This document shows positions 12,619-26,869 of a DNA stretch of 64,000 nucleotides, one piece after another. Each line of letters begins with the position of its first letter. Positions within the stretch are counted from its first letter, which is position 1. Under the pieces are notes generated by a model. The model was not told where the DNA came from. It saw only the letters and a list, made by a program, of their open reading frames with translations, and did no database searches. The stretch covers positions 2,666,001-2,730,000 of the forward strand of contig JBLDXI010000033.1 in the NCBI GenBank assembly GCA_047495785.1. Direction: 5' to 3'. The DNA is from Lepidodermella squamata (Eukaryota; Animalia; Gastrotricha). Both the position numbers and the translations under genes were made by a program.

Positions 12619-13608
12619 ATGAATGCGATATGCTCTTTATGCAACCTCATTCGGAAACATAAGAAGAAAATAATCGGCGGCAGCGCCGTAGTTGGAGCAG
12701 TCTATGTCGCTGTGAGAATCTATCGTTATTCTCTGACGGTGCCTATAAAGCGGAATGACCCTGTAGATTTGGATGGTTACAGGAATCGCTTTGTCGCTAA
12801 TGTTGCTCGTGCAAAATCATACCGCGATGAACTCTGCATCGAACTAATCAATAAAGGAATAGCGTTATTGGAAGGAGAATTCCGCGCTACTCGCGAGGAA
12901 TTGCTCTTGAAATTGAGCTCTGCTACACATCTCGATAATAAGCTTGCTCTGTGGAAGCAAATTCAAATTTTGGCTTTCACATTGTTTTACTCTTTCATTT
13001 ATTTCTCCGCTGCCGCTGTGATATATAGCACGACTGTCGCATCAATAGCGTGTAATGTGTACACTAAACCGGGCCAGAAAACACTCGCTGTTGTCGAAAG
13101 TTTGAGGAATGACTTTTCGGAAACACTAATGGCGTTGATTGATGCCGTTAAGAGAGCTATTCCTGGTTATGTTGCTAATTTATCATTAAAGCAGCCTATC
13201 CAATATGAGACATTCGTGGATCTCGCTCTAAAATTTGATGAATGCATGTGCCAGTCGAATGGATTGGAGGTTCAAGACCAGTCGTCTTCTGCTTTGTCCA
13301 ATATGGATTGCTTTCACTGCAGCGCAATCAACAATGTTTTCGAGGCTATCGCATCATCGGCCCCATTCAAATCAACCGCTTCTGCTGTTTGGCGACACAC
13401 AGTTCGTGCATTCTCTAGAAGGCTATTTATCATTGAGAATGATCGGGCAGAACCGCTTGTTAAATTATTACCTCATATTTTGAAAGGCTATGACAATATC
13501 ATAGCAAATAAATCTACCGTCAAATACTTTGCCGACGACTTGCTGCAATGCGAAGAAATGGACAACTTCCTAATCTGGAGCGTGGACGAAACAATGAATA
13601 AACCTTGA
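12619..13608 (+). CDS. PEX3: Peroxin PEX3 (intronless)
   Basis: N-terminal RKHKKKIIGG..VVGAVY membrane-targeting signal, NKLALWKQIQILAFT and PLVKLLP motifs correspond to conserved PEX3 blocks. Confidence 0.85.
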   Translation: MNAICSLCNLIRKHKKKIIGGSAVVGAVYVAVRIYRYSLTVPIKRNDPVDLDGYRNRFVANVARAKSYRDELCIELINKGIALLEGEFRATREELLLKLSSATHLDNKLALWKQIQILAFTLFYSFIYFSAAAVIYSTTVASIACNVYTKPGQKTLAVVESLRNDFSETLMALIDAVKRAIPGYVANLSLKQPIQYETFVDLALKFDECMCQSNGLEVQDQSSSALSNMDCFHCSAINNVFEAIASSAPFKSTASAVWRHTVRAFSRRLFIIENDRAEPLVKLLPHILKGYDNIIANKSTVKYFADDLLQCEEMDNFLIWSVDETMNKP

Positions 13609-13675
13609 CTGATTGGGATCTAATATTCATAAAGTAATGATAAATCAATTTCATCCCTATTGTAGGCTAGTTAAA

Positions 13676-14972
13676 ATGTCGATAATTGGTGAAACTTGCT
13701 TTGGCGTGTTTGTTCACGAAACTAGTCCGAGATATCCGTTTTTGTACGAAATCGACAGTCCTTTCATGATGGAGAAGCAGTTTCAAAATTGGCTGAATCG
13801 CGCCTCAATTACCTCACGCTCGACTAATCCTCGAAAGCGCCGATTATCACTTAGCACCAACTACAGTAAAATGCTGTGCTTCATCGAAAATGGCCGCCTT
13901 AGTATCATTGGAGCCGTTCAAAAGCGACGATTTGATTGTATTCGAGCGGTCACGCCTACTAATAACTTGAATGCAAGGGCTGAATCAAACATTTTAACCG
14001 AACTTTCTATTCACCTGGCTGAACTACGAGATAAATTTAGCCAAGTGGGCTGCCTGAGGAGATGTCTGTGGAGCGATTTGCTCAAGTTTCCAGAAAAAGT
14101 ATTGCAAATACTGTTCAGTCATTCCTTGCTCATAAATTCCAGCAATGTCTGGCTTGAATCGCCCCTTGGTGAGAATCTCAGCCTCCATGTCCCACCATTA
14201 TCTTCATTTCTGGTATCGGAGCTGGGTAATTTGCCGAGTTTATTGTTGGGTACTGACGAAGGCAGACATTTTGTTGCCGATGGGTTCGATTTGATCGTCG
14301 TCGATCCGCCTTGGCCGAATAAGTCCGTTAAGCGCAAGCGGACGTGAGTCACACATTGCTTTTTGTTTTGGAAAGCAATACACTGCTTCTTTGGCTTGTG
14401 TTATTTTCATAGCTACGACTACCTCGACTATGACGATCTGCTGCACGGCCTCTGCCCACTATTGAGGTACATCTGCCGGCCTAATGCCCTAGTTGCGTTT
14501 TGGGCCACTCCGATGAATGAAACGGTGCGGAATTTCGTGCTTGGCGAGGTTTTCCCTCCAAACGCTCTTCGGCACATCGGGACTTGGCACTGGTTGAAAG
14601 TAACGCGATCCGGCGATCCCATTTGCCCGATTTTTAGCTCAGCTGACAGTAACCATGGAAAAGTTCCTTTCGAAGAATTATTTTTAGCCAGGTTCTCCCT
14701 CGATACCAGTGAAAACTTAGGCGAGAAACTTATCGTATCAGTCCCAGCCGCCTTTCACTCGAAAAAGCCTTATCTTCTAGGTAATTTAATTAAGATGTGG
14801 TTTAGTATAGGTTACTTTTGTTACGCTTTTTTAAGATGTATTGCGACCTCATCTTTCGTCCAACCCGGGTAGTGGTGCAATTCGCTGCTGCGAACTTTTC
14901 GCCCGAGAGCTGCGCGAAGGATGGTTCTGTTGGGGAAGAGAGCCAATACTGCTGAATTTAGGGCAAACCTGA
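13676..14972 (+). CDS. METTL4: MT-A70 family N6-adenine methyltransferase, METTL4-like (3 exons)
   Basis: FDLIVVDPPWPNKSVKRK catalytic motif, WHWLKVT..G.P, KVPFE, SVPAAFHSKKP, and last exon ELFARE...GWFCWG; stop at 14970-14972. Confidence 0.9.
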
Positions 14973-15085
14973 AACTAAAACTCACATACGCTTATTCTCA
15001 TTGTTCGGGCTTTGAATATTTATGAATTTTTAGTGGGATCTTGTTTGAAAATGTTATATTCATAGTCATGTTTAAATCATAACTG

Positions 15086-16374
15086 ATGTCATCTGCAGTC
15101 TCCACAAACAAGCCGACGAATGCGCCGCCTAGCGGACAGCTCTCGGCTGCTGACTTGGCCGATCAGCAACTGGTCAACAATTTCCAGGTGCCCAGTTGGG
15201 CTGGCAAACCGCCGGTAGGTCTGCATCTCGACGTGCTCAAGGAGGGGAAACTTATTCAAAAACTTATGATCGACGAGAAAAAGTGCTACTTCTTCGGCAG
15301 AAATCGGCAACTCTGCGATTTTCCGGTTTGTGTTCAAAATTCTACATTTCAAACATCATTAAGCCTTATTTTTTGCCTCCGAATTTTGAAATTTTTAATT
15401 GAATTCTTATATTTTTTTAGATCGAACATGCGTCATCCTCTCGCGTTCATGCTGCCTTGGTCTGGCACAGAGCTCTTTGCCGACCGTTCTTGATTGACCT
15501 CGGTTCGACTCACGGTACTTTCATCGGAGAACATATACGCCTCGAGCCGAATAATCCGCAGCAAATACCCCCAGACAGTCAAATCCATTTCGGCGCATCT
15601 CAACGCATCTACGTCATCCGCGAACGACCGTTCACAGCCAGCCTTGCTTCGGCGGTGTCTAACGCATCTTCGACTACTTCTTCGACTAGCACGTTGAAAT
15701 CAAGTAGTAATACTGCGCCATCGAACACCGCAAATCTCGAGCTGCCTGAGGATGAAACTGAGCTGGACAATTTAACCGAGTATAACACGGCGCACAACCG
15801 ACGAGTCGCCTCGTTGCCGATCAATGAGAACAAAGCGAACAGTTTGAAATTCAAGAAACGGAAGCTCAAATCGATTACTTTTTGCGAAGAGGAACAGGTC
15901 ATTAACCCAGAAGATGTCGATCCTAACGTTGGGCGGTTTCGCAATCTCTGCCGGACCGTGGTCGTGCCATCGAAGAGGTCGCGAACCGGCCCAGGCCCAA
16001 TGACATCACCTACTTCACAGAATTCAGTGCAATTTTTCGGCCCGGGTGCGTCGGCCCATTCTGCGAAAGTCACAGCTCCGCAGCATGAAGAGGAACAGGA
16101 GAAACAGGACAGTTCGGGACTGTCAGCGCTCCAAAATCCGCTGTACAGTTCAGCGGCCAAGCTTTTCAATATTGCGCTGCCTAATCTGGCGCCTTCCCTC
16201 GACGAACCTGTTGCCGCGCCTGTCGCACCAGTTGCGGCGCCGCCTGTTGTTGTGCCTAGCCGGCCGGAGCCGGTCGAAGACTACGAAGACAACGGTTTGT
16301 ATCCAAAGGAGCACAAACGTTATGCGAAGGAGGCTTGGCCTGGCAAGAAACCGACCGGCGCCTTGCTCGTTTGA
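15086..16374 (+). CDS. PPP1R8: Nuclear inhibitor of protein phosphatase 1 (NIPP1), 2 exons
   Basis: VPSWAGKPPVGLHLDVLK, FHA domain (FGRN...SRVHAALVWH...DLGSTHGT), RVxF-type KSITF, INPEDVDP.VGRFRN, C-terminal YAKEAWPGKKP; intron ~15327-15420. Confidence 0.95.
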
Positions 16375-17514
16375 ATACTTATTTCCTGTATAATTGTTAT
16401 GAAAATATTGCTCATGTTTGCTACAAAAACAATAAACACAGTGATTTCAACGAGTGATTGTGTTTTATTTCCTATAATCCAGCTTCTTGTCGCCCATTCA
16501 GTTGAAGCGGTTGCAGAATTTGCCTGGGTGCCCGGTGTAGGCTAACTTGGCGGTGAACCAACTTGTTGATTCGGGCCGGTATCAAAAATCGCAGCTAAGA
16601 TATCAGAGTGCGAAAATAGATGTTCCAGGAAGAATATCACTGTCTTGTTCATTCCCTGGATCGACTATACCAGAGAACCGTGATCCATCCTAAGATCACG
16701 GATTTCCCAAGCCATTAACATTCACAAGGCCGGATCTAGCGGAAGATGGAGTCCTGCTGCTGTCGTACTTTTTTGAACATGATTTTTCCAATATTTATTG
16801 CTCTCTGTGCAATCGAACCTTGTACAGTGCAGCTGAACCGAGTGTGTATTGCAACATAGGAGTAAGAATCAAAGTTATTGAATTATCGGTCAATTTCAGT
16901 GCAATCAAATTTTCTATTTTGCATTGGCCGATTTAAAGAGACAGTACCCATTAGTAGTGGGAATATAATTGATTATTTATATGCGGAGGGCGATAATTTT
17001 ATCATCGATAGGTGTTACCAGTTATCCAGTAACTTATTCCACTGCATTGGCAGCGGGCCGAAATCGACGAAGTGGATAATGGCGCATCTTACGCCGCCGA
17101 ATTAACGCATTCAGTATAGGCACGCAGTTTTGCGTCGTTCTAAAATCAAGTGCGAGAGACGTATAGTACGGCGTATATTTATAGGTTACGAGGAGCGGCG
17201 CCCACAGTCGGCGGAAGAGGCGAATCGAAAATTAGCGCTACAGCTGTTTTGTTGCTCGAGCGCTGGGTGCGCATCCGGGGCATGAAATGCGTTTCCTGTT
17301 GCCAGAGATGACTTCGGAAAATCGAAAGCTTATATCTCGATAAACACTTTCTTACATCATGTCACATGGGCGATAAAATATACATGACGACGCTGAGTGA
17401 GACATCACCAATTACGGCCAGTCATGCGGTTACGCTGATTTTCCAAAAAGGGCTGATCAACGCCTATTTGTTTTGATTTGTTTCTACAATAATTCTGTCG
17501 CCCCCATCCCTCGG

Positions 17515-20232
17515 ATGAGCATGGCCAAGGCAGCAGCGAACCTGTTGGCAGCTTTCCTGGTAGCTACTTTTTGTCAGGTCTCACGTCAAATAGCAGTACC
17601 TGCTAACATGCGCGTTACTCCGCGCCAAATGTCGTGGGGTCATTCAACTTACGGTCATTACATCCCAACAGAGCAGCCCATGGTACCATGTAAGCAGATA
17701 TCATCTCAATATCGCTGGAAAAAATATCTTTTTATTCAGGGGAACATGGCGTAGGAGATAGCCGAACCGCTGAAGCCGCACTATTTCAAGCAATCATGGG
17801 CAACTACCGTGCAAACGTTCGACCGGTAAATTGGATTAATCTAATATAATCCCTGGAGTTAAAATTTGCATTCGTGGTCGCCGGTTAACAGGTTCGCAGT
17901 GTCAACGAGACAGTTTATGGTGAGGAGCTCGGAACTTTGGTTTTTACTCTGAGTTGTAATATCTCTCAAAATTAACATCAGTTTCCGCGCGACTATTTCC
18001 GATTAAAATTCAAAGCTTGAAAGAGCGTGATGAAATTCTGACGATAACGCTGCGATTGCAACTGGTAAAAAACAGATATTTTCCTTGAACGCTCTCAATT
18101 CATGATATCTTTCAAGGGCTGGTCTGACATGTCATTGGTTTGGAACCCTGATGATTACGGCGGCCTCGACAAGATTGTTGTGAACGCGTATGACCTATGG
18201 CTGCCGGATTTGCAAATAGCCAACTCAGCAGAAGACATGTATCAAGTAATTTGGTGTCAAAATGATGGATAGATGGATAGATTCGATTGTTCAATTTTAC
18301 CTTTTCAGTTGATGCGCGATCGCCAATTTGCCGTTAAGATTCATAACAATGGCGAGGTTTTGGCGAAATCAGGGTTCTTATACCTCCAAACAAATGTGCT
18401 AAACTTTTTGTAGATTTGGTGGCACCCGACAGGTTCAGTCAAGGTTCGATGCGAACTAGACTTGAGGTAATTCAGTCAATTTTCTTGACATTTTGTGATG
18501 CACCTCTAATTTTAATTTAACGCGATTCTACAGATACTTTCCTTTCGACTTGCAGCGCTGTCCTATCACGTAACGAATATTTTTAAGCTAATCTGATCCC
18601 GAATTCTTATAAGTAATTCTCAGTCTTGAATCAGTCATTCACACCGTTCAACAGCTCAATCTCACGGTTAGACAGGACAGAGCGCCGATTTCTTTTTCTA
18701 TGTATACGGAAAATGGCGTATGGGAAATGGTTTTAGCAACAGGTATAAAAGTTTCAAATTGTTGAGTTCATGCTTGTAGTCTTAATTGGCATTCAGGGCA
18801 TACCAGCAACTACTACGTCTCTGCAAATACGGCATTCAGCAGGGTGAATTTCCTGCTTTACCTTCACAGGCGAACCTCGTACTATAAGTTAAATATGTAA
18901 AACTTGAATGATTTGATAAACCAGATATTTCTACTTCCTATTTTGAATTGAAACAGAATTTTCCCGTGCGCCATGCTGAGCGGCTTGCAACTTTTAACCT
19001 TCCTGCTTCCCCTAAACAATCAAGAACGTGTCCCTCAGTCGACGACGATTCTTCTGTCGGTCGTAGTCTTTCAAACCGTTGTTGTGGAAGAACTGCCTCG
19101 AACTTCCAATTCCCTCAGCCTATTATGTAAGGAATTTACATTGTCCCTCTTTCATTCAGTCCTATCAAGAACTCAGATTTCTCGCGCTTATCGCCAAAGT
19201 AAAGCTTGAGATTTGAAAATATTGAGGAATAGAGGTATAAATAGATACATATAGATCCAGGAAGCAACTAATGCTTTTCCTGCTCCGTATAATCTTCTGT
19301 CTGGGATAAAATAGGGACATCCGCCCGTTATCCTGCAGCATTCCGTTTTTTTATCACTTTTTAAATGATGTTTTCAGCTATGTACATATCCCTTCTCACG
19401 GGCATCAGCGTCGCATCCGTGGCGGATTCAGTGGCGATAGCTTACCTGATATCGCTTAGAGATCGGGCATTCAAAGTGCCGCATTGGTTCGCCTGCCTTC
19501 TGCGTTTTATTTGCCGCAACCCGTCGATGGCTCGAAAATCACCTTTGAAGCCAGTCGATATACTTCACCACAACAGCCGTAGCAACCTCATCGTAAAAAC
19601 CGCTATGGTGCCGGCGCAAGAAGGGACGACCTCAGTTGCACCTCTCGCCTACATCGACGACTACGGTGGAGATGGCGCCAATAGTCGGGTTCTGTCGCCA
19701 AGTAGGCCGAATGATTACGCGAGTCTACGTGGAAATAATGGCGTCGGTATGAACAATCAAACTTTCTCATCTCGATTCCCGGCCGTGCCCAATAATTACG
19801 TGAGTGGCAATGGCTCAGTAACTGGTCGCAACGAAACCAGTACGGATGGCTCGCCAGTTATGACACCGCCACAACTCGTTAAGAATCGGAAGAATACGCT
19901 GAAAAGACGAACCGCCGTTGTTTCTCTGCGTGGAAAATCGGAAAGCAGCGAGGAACTGGTATTCATTAGGTGGTACAAGGTTGCGCGAATAATCAACGCC
20001 GTAAGTTATCGTACTTTTCCTAATAGGCCTATAATTGCTCGTGAAAATTCTATCAATTTTTTGAACCTAATTTTAATATAATTTTAATCCTCAATTCCAG
20101 GTTGTGTTCCTGATTTGCTTGCTGCTAATAATTTTCGTGCCGATAATCTTGTTCATTTGGATGCCACCCGATGTCACGCAATATAAACTCTTCAGGTCGT
20201 CATCGGCCGCATCGCCATCTTCATCAGGGTAG
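17515..20232 (+). CDS. Cys-loop ligand-gated ion channel subunit A (divergent nAChR-like, ~13 exons)
   Basis: Signal peptide, WLPDLQIANS, Cys-loop CELDLRYFPFDLQRC, M1 IIFPCAMLSGLQLLTFLLP, M2 ERVPQSTTILLSVVVF, M3, and M4 preceded by WYKVARII; all introns GT-AG and in frame. Confidence 0.9.
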
Positions 20233-20800
20233 CTCAGCAACTGGCAGCTATATATCAGCATTTCATCATCCTTGGGTATTTAACCCTCTTCATTCGCTGA
20301 TAAAAAATGATTACCTATCGGATTTTAACGAATTTGCTCAGAGGCCGAAAATAATTCATCAATAACTAATGTGATTTTTCTTAACCAGCGCAATGTCTTC
20401 AGCCGGTTTTCCCGGGATCATGTGTGACTATTGCGGGTAGTCACCGCCTTAAAACGGCTTGGAATTCAGCGCTCTTTTTATTACAGCTAGCATTGTTAAG
20501 CGGAAAACGATGATATTTATTATGAAGATGTTTGTATCTGTCTATTAGGGTTGTTGATATTTTGTGGCTTCTTACTGCAATTTTCGAAGCATTGAAATTT
20601 TTCATCGATTTCTAAAAGTGTTGATCTTATCGGTGTTGCTATAAAAAATTTGCATAATAATTTATCTTATAGAAGTAATAAACATCAAACAAGAGCCCAC
20701 AGTGTTGGAAACAGTTGATAGGTAGATAATTGTCACTATGTAAAGTTCGATTTCCTTCATCAAACAATTTTGTTCAAGACGAGCGGATATTGGCAAGTAA

Positions 20801-20989
20801 TTACTTCATCATGCTTTCGAGCGTGAAGGCATCGCCGGCAATATAGATGTCCCTAGCGGCCTTATCATGCAACTTGTCACGCTCCGCGCATCCCATCGGT
20901 CGCAACTGATGATATAATGCAGTAAAATTCCTTCTATTTCTCTGTGCAAATGAAGACAACAAAGCATCAAGAGCGAGACAGTGCTGCAT
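20801..20989 (-). mobile_element. Possible decayed hAT-family transposase fragment
   Basis: LHDKAARDIYIAGDAF loosely resembles the 'LD.A.ARFFY..G.PF' block of hAT transposases; isolated fragment, no TIRs seen. Confidence 0.2.
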
Positions 20990-21767
20990 AGTTATAAGAT
21001 TCGCGCCCTAATAAAATATTGCAAATCTCGCATCCATTACTTAACGCCACTGGTTTAAGTCACATGATCAAGGCTGTGTATTTTTTGGCTGCGGCTATAA
21101 ACCGCATGAGTGTCATGCATTTCCCAGGAGCAAAATGGCGCTGCACTTTCATGCTGGTTAAAATTTAATTAAACACTGGGCTGCTTTTCTTATAACATTC
21201 AATGCTTGTCCATTTTGTAGAGAGCCCACGATAAAACAGCAGGTATATATAGTGGGAGGCTTCATTCGAACGGCCTCTTATATGGGCACCTATAATTAAG
21301 CCGGAAGCTCAACAACAAGTCACAGTAGTGTCGCCAGGGAATTGGTCCATAGGTGAGAAGCTTTTTATTAATTTTTAAACACGCAGCGCCTGATTGTGTC
21401 GACGCCGCAATAAGTAAAGCAGAACGTCGTATAGTTTATATACACAACGTTTCCACCCTACATTTCTGCTGTGTGTATCAATTTTTCTAATTGAGGCGAT
21501 CTCGTTCCTCGAGGGTCATATGACCACGCCGCAATTATTACGAACGACAAGATTCAAATCGTATGAAATGTTTAGCGGAAAATCTGTGCCCTTCCCTAGG
21601 ATCTTACTCCAGAGATTAGCCGAAGGAACGTTTTTTTTAATCCTTAAGTGTTGGCCTCCTTACACCGAAAACGTGCCCACACGTTTTCCCATTTACAATA
21701 TTTCATGAATCATTTAGCCGTTATGTGTTCATTTAATTTGCTGATCGCACCGATATCTTGGAAACCT

Positions 21768-24347
21768 ATGGTGCCGATGTTTTGGCTTGCACTTGCTGCC
21801 GTGCTGTTCAAAGAACCGTCAACTATAGTCATTGAAGCAGCCGTTGCTCATGTCGGGCTAATTCAGCAAGCATCCGGCGGCAGCTCTGCATCTAACAACA
21901 AGCTGCGTTACAATAGTAAGTCCTCCCAGAACCACGGGGGCCAGCTTTCCTACTTGAGCCAACTCGAGTCACTGCAGTCCGGCGATCCTCACATTGAGCA
22001 GGATCGGGTTGATGATGAAACCGGTTCCAAGACATCTTCGGGCCGGTATTCAACTGCCCATTGTAGGTTCTTAGAGATCCCCTCCCCTCAGATTTCTCGT
22101 GCATGCGGTTATACACCCTGCTTTTACACTTGTCAGCAAACCCCAGGCGCACAGCTGTGACTCCACCGCTTTAATATACTGCGTATTCTCCTTTAATCGT
22201 GAATTCAACTGTTAGCTTGTGATAAACTATTTTTTATATAACAGACAACACTGCAGAATATGACTTGCGATCTCACTTGATGACTAACTATAGAATGGTG
22301 AGACCGGTTCAGCAAGCCACGTAAGTTTAACCTATTTGTAAGTGTCCTTTTCATATTTCACGCGCTTTTTCAGCGACTCACTGCTCGTTCTGACAAGATT
22401 ATTCCCTATAAAGATTCAGGAACTTGTAAGGAAAAATATGACTAATTTAACACGGCTGACGATTAAGTTTATTGCAGGTTGAAAAAGAGGAAAGGCTAGT
22501 TGTGACTGTCCGCGTGCAACTAGGATGGATTGACCAGACGTTAGCTTGGGATCCAGGTGCATTCAACAATCAAACTAGTGTCGTATTACCATACGACGTG
22601 AAAATCTGGTTACCCGAACTTCAGATCGTAAACAGGTAAATTTTATATTATAGAAACAAGGTGATTGGTTGATGACCGCTTGATTTTTTTCGCGCAGTGC
22701 CTTAGACATGTATGGAATATTCAGCATGAGAGAACGCAAGAGTCCAGTCAAAGCTCACTCTAATGGCGAGCTGTGGTGGCATCCAACTGGAAGAATGGAT
22801 GTCCGATGTGAGCTTCAGGTATAACAACATATTTGGGAATTTTGGATCGTCATAAGAATTCCTTTAATTCAGCTTATGTACTTCCCATTTGATTTTCAAC
22901 GCTGCGGAATCGTTTTGGAGCCAGTCATCTACACACAAGACCAATTGAACCTCACTCTGAGGCCGGATCGCAGTCCTGTAACTTTGTCCATGTACTCCGA
23001 AAACGGTTATTTATTATTACCGTCGCTGACCAATTATTTAAAATGATATTGTTGTTCTCAGGCCTCTGGGATCTTGTGAAAACTGGTGGCCGTTTCGAAA
23101 TATATTGGGTTTCCGGTACGACTGGCTTTTCCCGAGTCGAATTCGTGCTTTACCTTCAACGGCGAACAACCTACTACAAAATGTTAGATAACAAATACTT
23201 GATGGCCTGCATTTTTTATATGAACCCTCGTATCACTTCACTAGGAACATTATTTTCCCTTGTCTTCTGTTGTCCATCCTGCAATTGCTGACGTTCATTC
23301 TACCGATCGATAACGATGAACGAGTCCCGCAGGCCACCACCATACTGCTGTAAGTTTTTTGATAGCATCTTTATAATGCGGGAGCATTATTTTGTTTAAT
23401 TGGTAACCATAGGAGTGTCATCGTGTTCCAAACCGTGATCGTCGATCAGCTTCCGAAATCCTCGACGTCCATGTCGCTTCTCGCTATGTATATATCTACG
23501 TTAGTCGGAATCTCAACCGCCACGGTAGCCTCGTCGATCATTTGCTCGCTTTTCATCTCCTTACGGCCAAGCTGCTTTCAAGTTCCAGCGGTTCTGGAAC
23601 CTATTGTGAAACGCTGGTAATTGAAATAATTTCCGTTGCTTGTGGTGTCTTGATGAATTAACACAAAATAGCAATAATTGTCTTATTGTTCACAGTGTAA
23701 CCCGCCTACCACCCGCCCCACCGACTTCTCCCAACAGTGACATGAATTCTATGGCCATGCCGCCCCATCGCTACAGCAAAAGCATGCGCCGAAGAAGGTC
23801 AACTATGATCCCTACCGGCTCGCCACTCAGCTCGCCTCCCCAAGATAGCCAAGCGACAACGCGGCAACCAAGCGACGGCAATAACACAGACGATGCCGTT
23901 TGGCAGCCGATCAAATCAACGAGACCCGATCAGGCAACATCGGCGAACAATGGCAGCTGCGTGTTTGCCTTCCACGAAGTCAGTGAGTACCAGTCGCGGT
24001 TCGTCTCTCCCGGACGCCGCATGTCACGACATGCCGTGCACAATCCGTTAATAAACGCATCGGCAGCGAGTCGTTCGAACAGCGTCATTAACGAACCCAA
24101 CAGCAAGGTGCCGAATCTCACCTGTGACGCACAGCCGCTGACCGGCGGCAATTTCAGCTTCACATTCGGCGACGTCGAGGCAACTCTTCCCCGGCCACCT
24201 TACATCCTTGTAATCGATTGGTGCCGCATGTCTCACATTATTAACGCCGCCATGTTCACACTTTGCCTGTGCCTCGACGTTCTCGTTCCATCCGTGCTCT
24301 TCTACGTCATGCCCCCCGTTCAACCGCCTCGTGACAGTTACAGCTAG
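21768..24347 (+). CDS. Cys-loop ligand-gated ion channel subunit B (~10 exons)
   Basis: Signal peptide, WLPELQIVNS, Cys-loop CELQLMYFPFDFQRC, M2 ERVPQATTILLSVIVF, M4 preceded by DWCRMSHII. The first exon donor is uncertain. Confidence 0.88.
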
Positions 24348-26869
24348 CCAATTCAATATATTACGTGTATTTCTATATTTTTCTATCATTGAAATTGCTC
24401 CAGCCTACTATTTATCATAATTTATTTCCGACCTTCGACTTGTATGGTGTTGCTGAGGAATTTCCGCCAATATAGATTGAAAAAGTCATGCAGGCTTATG
24501 GTCAGTGAATAAAGTTGGATCCGTATAATCTCCATGCCGCTTCATTTTTTGCTTATTTGCTGTTATAAAATCGTGGTTCGGATTTGCTATCACCTACAGC
24601 GATGAATCCATGGCGCAATACAAAACAAAGATGTATAGGGTCCAGAGAACAGCGAACGAACCATAATCTAAAAGCTGGAGAAATTGATTCCAAGGTTCAT
24701 TAGGTAAATCTGCAGCCAATAGATAGACTTAGGGAAAGCACCTTCATTGCGAAATTTAAAATTTGATCGTCAATAGTTGCTGCGCATAAAGGATGTATGT
24801 TTTACAAGTCACATGGGTGGCGAATTGCGCTTGGTGTTTGGTCTGCCATCAACAATGGCCCCGGCAATCACGGCAGAAGGCAGAAAGGTAGAAAAGTGGG
24901 CTTATAGTGAATTGTAATAAGCCTATTTCGCTTCCGATTGCGATGGCCGTATATTTCTGTTTCCTGTTAATAACGAGGGTATAGATATGGCAGTGTGAAC
25001 AAGGAGCAATTGCTCTCATCTTCTAATACTCAGAATCGCGAGCTTTTTGGTTGAAGTGCAACTCGACATTGCGAAATCGATTTCGAGCGATGAGCATGCA
25101 ATTTTCTAAAACAGTTTTATACTTGAATGCTATTCAAGCTAGGCCCTCAACATTTGCACCATGCATCGGTATGCCTAGCACATGTGCCAATTATAGGCTA
25201 TGAAAAATGTTCTTGAGTAAAGTTCAGAAACTTGTTAATTTGCCTTTTTGCAGATATTTCCCGCCAGGTATTTTTTAATTTACTGATATTTAAATATATG
25301 TTGATAAATTCATTGCAAGATTGTCCTCTAGCTATAAATACTCCTGTAGGGTAAATGTGCTTGACACAATGAACATTTGTCAAGTCAGTCTGTTAAGTTT
25401 AATAAAAAAAAGCCTGTATTAATTCCCTGAGACTCTATACGGCAATGAAGCAAATTACTATGACTAAATATATGACTAATACTATGAGCTTACTTAATAT
25501 CGCATCATCCATCAATTGTTGCGATATCTAATAATCTACGAAAATCTGTAGCCGCCGATTTTTCGTCGGTTTTTATCGCTTAGCGCAGCTCATTGTTGAA
25601 ATCCTGTTTACACATATACACAGCCAAATTTATCATACAGTTATTGGTTACATATAGGACTGTTTACCTGCTTCTGTGTCAAATATTTAGATTCTTTTCA
25701 TCGAGTGCAAACTTCCCGTTTTTATTAATATCAGCGGTAGAGTTTACATCTGGATAGAGACACTGCCACTGTTCGATCGACCTCTACTCAGCTTACCAAT
25801 GATTATCATAACTTCGCTCCATTTCTCAATCTATGAGTCCTCATCTTGCTCATAGTCCTCCCCTCCTATCCACCTTGCATATTGCGATGACTTGCATATA
25901 TTGCGAAACAAAGACTGCACACTGATACAATCGGGGCAGGTCATTTGAAGTCATGATAAGGCTTGAAGATCTTCATCTTAAAAATAAGAATTAGGAGGCT
26001 CTTTACAAATATCTGTCATTGGTGGCTATGACTGGGCAATTTTACCTCAAAATCCGTTTAATAATGTCGCTGAGGATTATATTTTTCATGATGGTAAAAC
26101 TGGTTGGCCCCGATGATTCCTGCTCTAGGGCTTTTAGTGCGGCGATGAGGGCAGTGGGCCCACGCCTGATGATTGTCATACATAACCAGCGGTTGGCTGA
26201 TAGATTGAGTTCGCTACATAGGCAACGGAGCTTGCGAGCGAAAATGTTTTTATTTGCGTTGCGGCCAGTTTTTACTTTGATTGCGTTTATCCCTTGTAAA
26301 ACATATGCGCATCTTGTTCAGGCAATCTCGGCATCTATACAGATAAAATTGATGCTAATCCAATAACGCTGCGAAGCCACATATTTTTTTGCGCGCTTCA
26401 CCAGAATCTCGTTACGCGGCGACAGTGCAATTACAGCCGCGCTAATACTTTTGTTGCCAATCAACGTTTTGAGCGACCGCAAGTTGGTGAAATTTCGTAA
26501 CCTTTCTAGATCTGTACTACTCTGTTCTACTTAATCCTTGCTGTTATTTAAGTTGATAAAAAACGCGAATTACAGAGCATAGGACATAGGACAACATTGA
26601 TCGACTGTCGAAATAAATGAGAGCTGCCGCCACCGCCGACGAAGACGAGTCCCTCTCGGCCTCGACAAATTGACCAGGCTGTTGCGTTTGCCAACTCACT
26701 GACATTCAATACACCTAATTCAACTAATAGCCCGCACCACATATATCGAAGCCTAAAAATTCTGGTCCCATTGGACATTCTAACAATGGAATCATTCCAG
26801 CGGCTGATTACCGCAGTTTGTGAGTTCAAAACATAGCACAACTTGTCTCTCGAATAAGTTATTTTTGTA

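Noticed and set aside
16540-16790. Short minus-strand ORF fragments downstream of NIPP1
   Set aside because: Under 40 codons, interrupted by stops, no recognisable motif.
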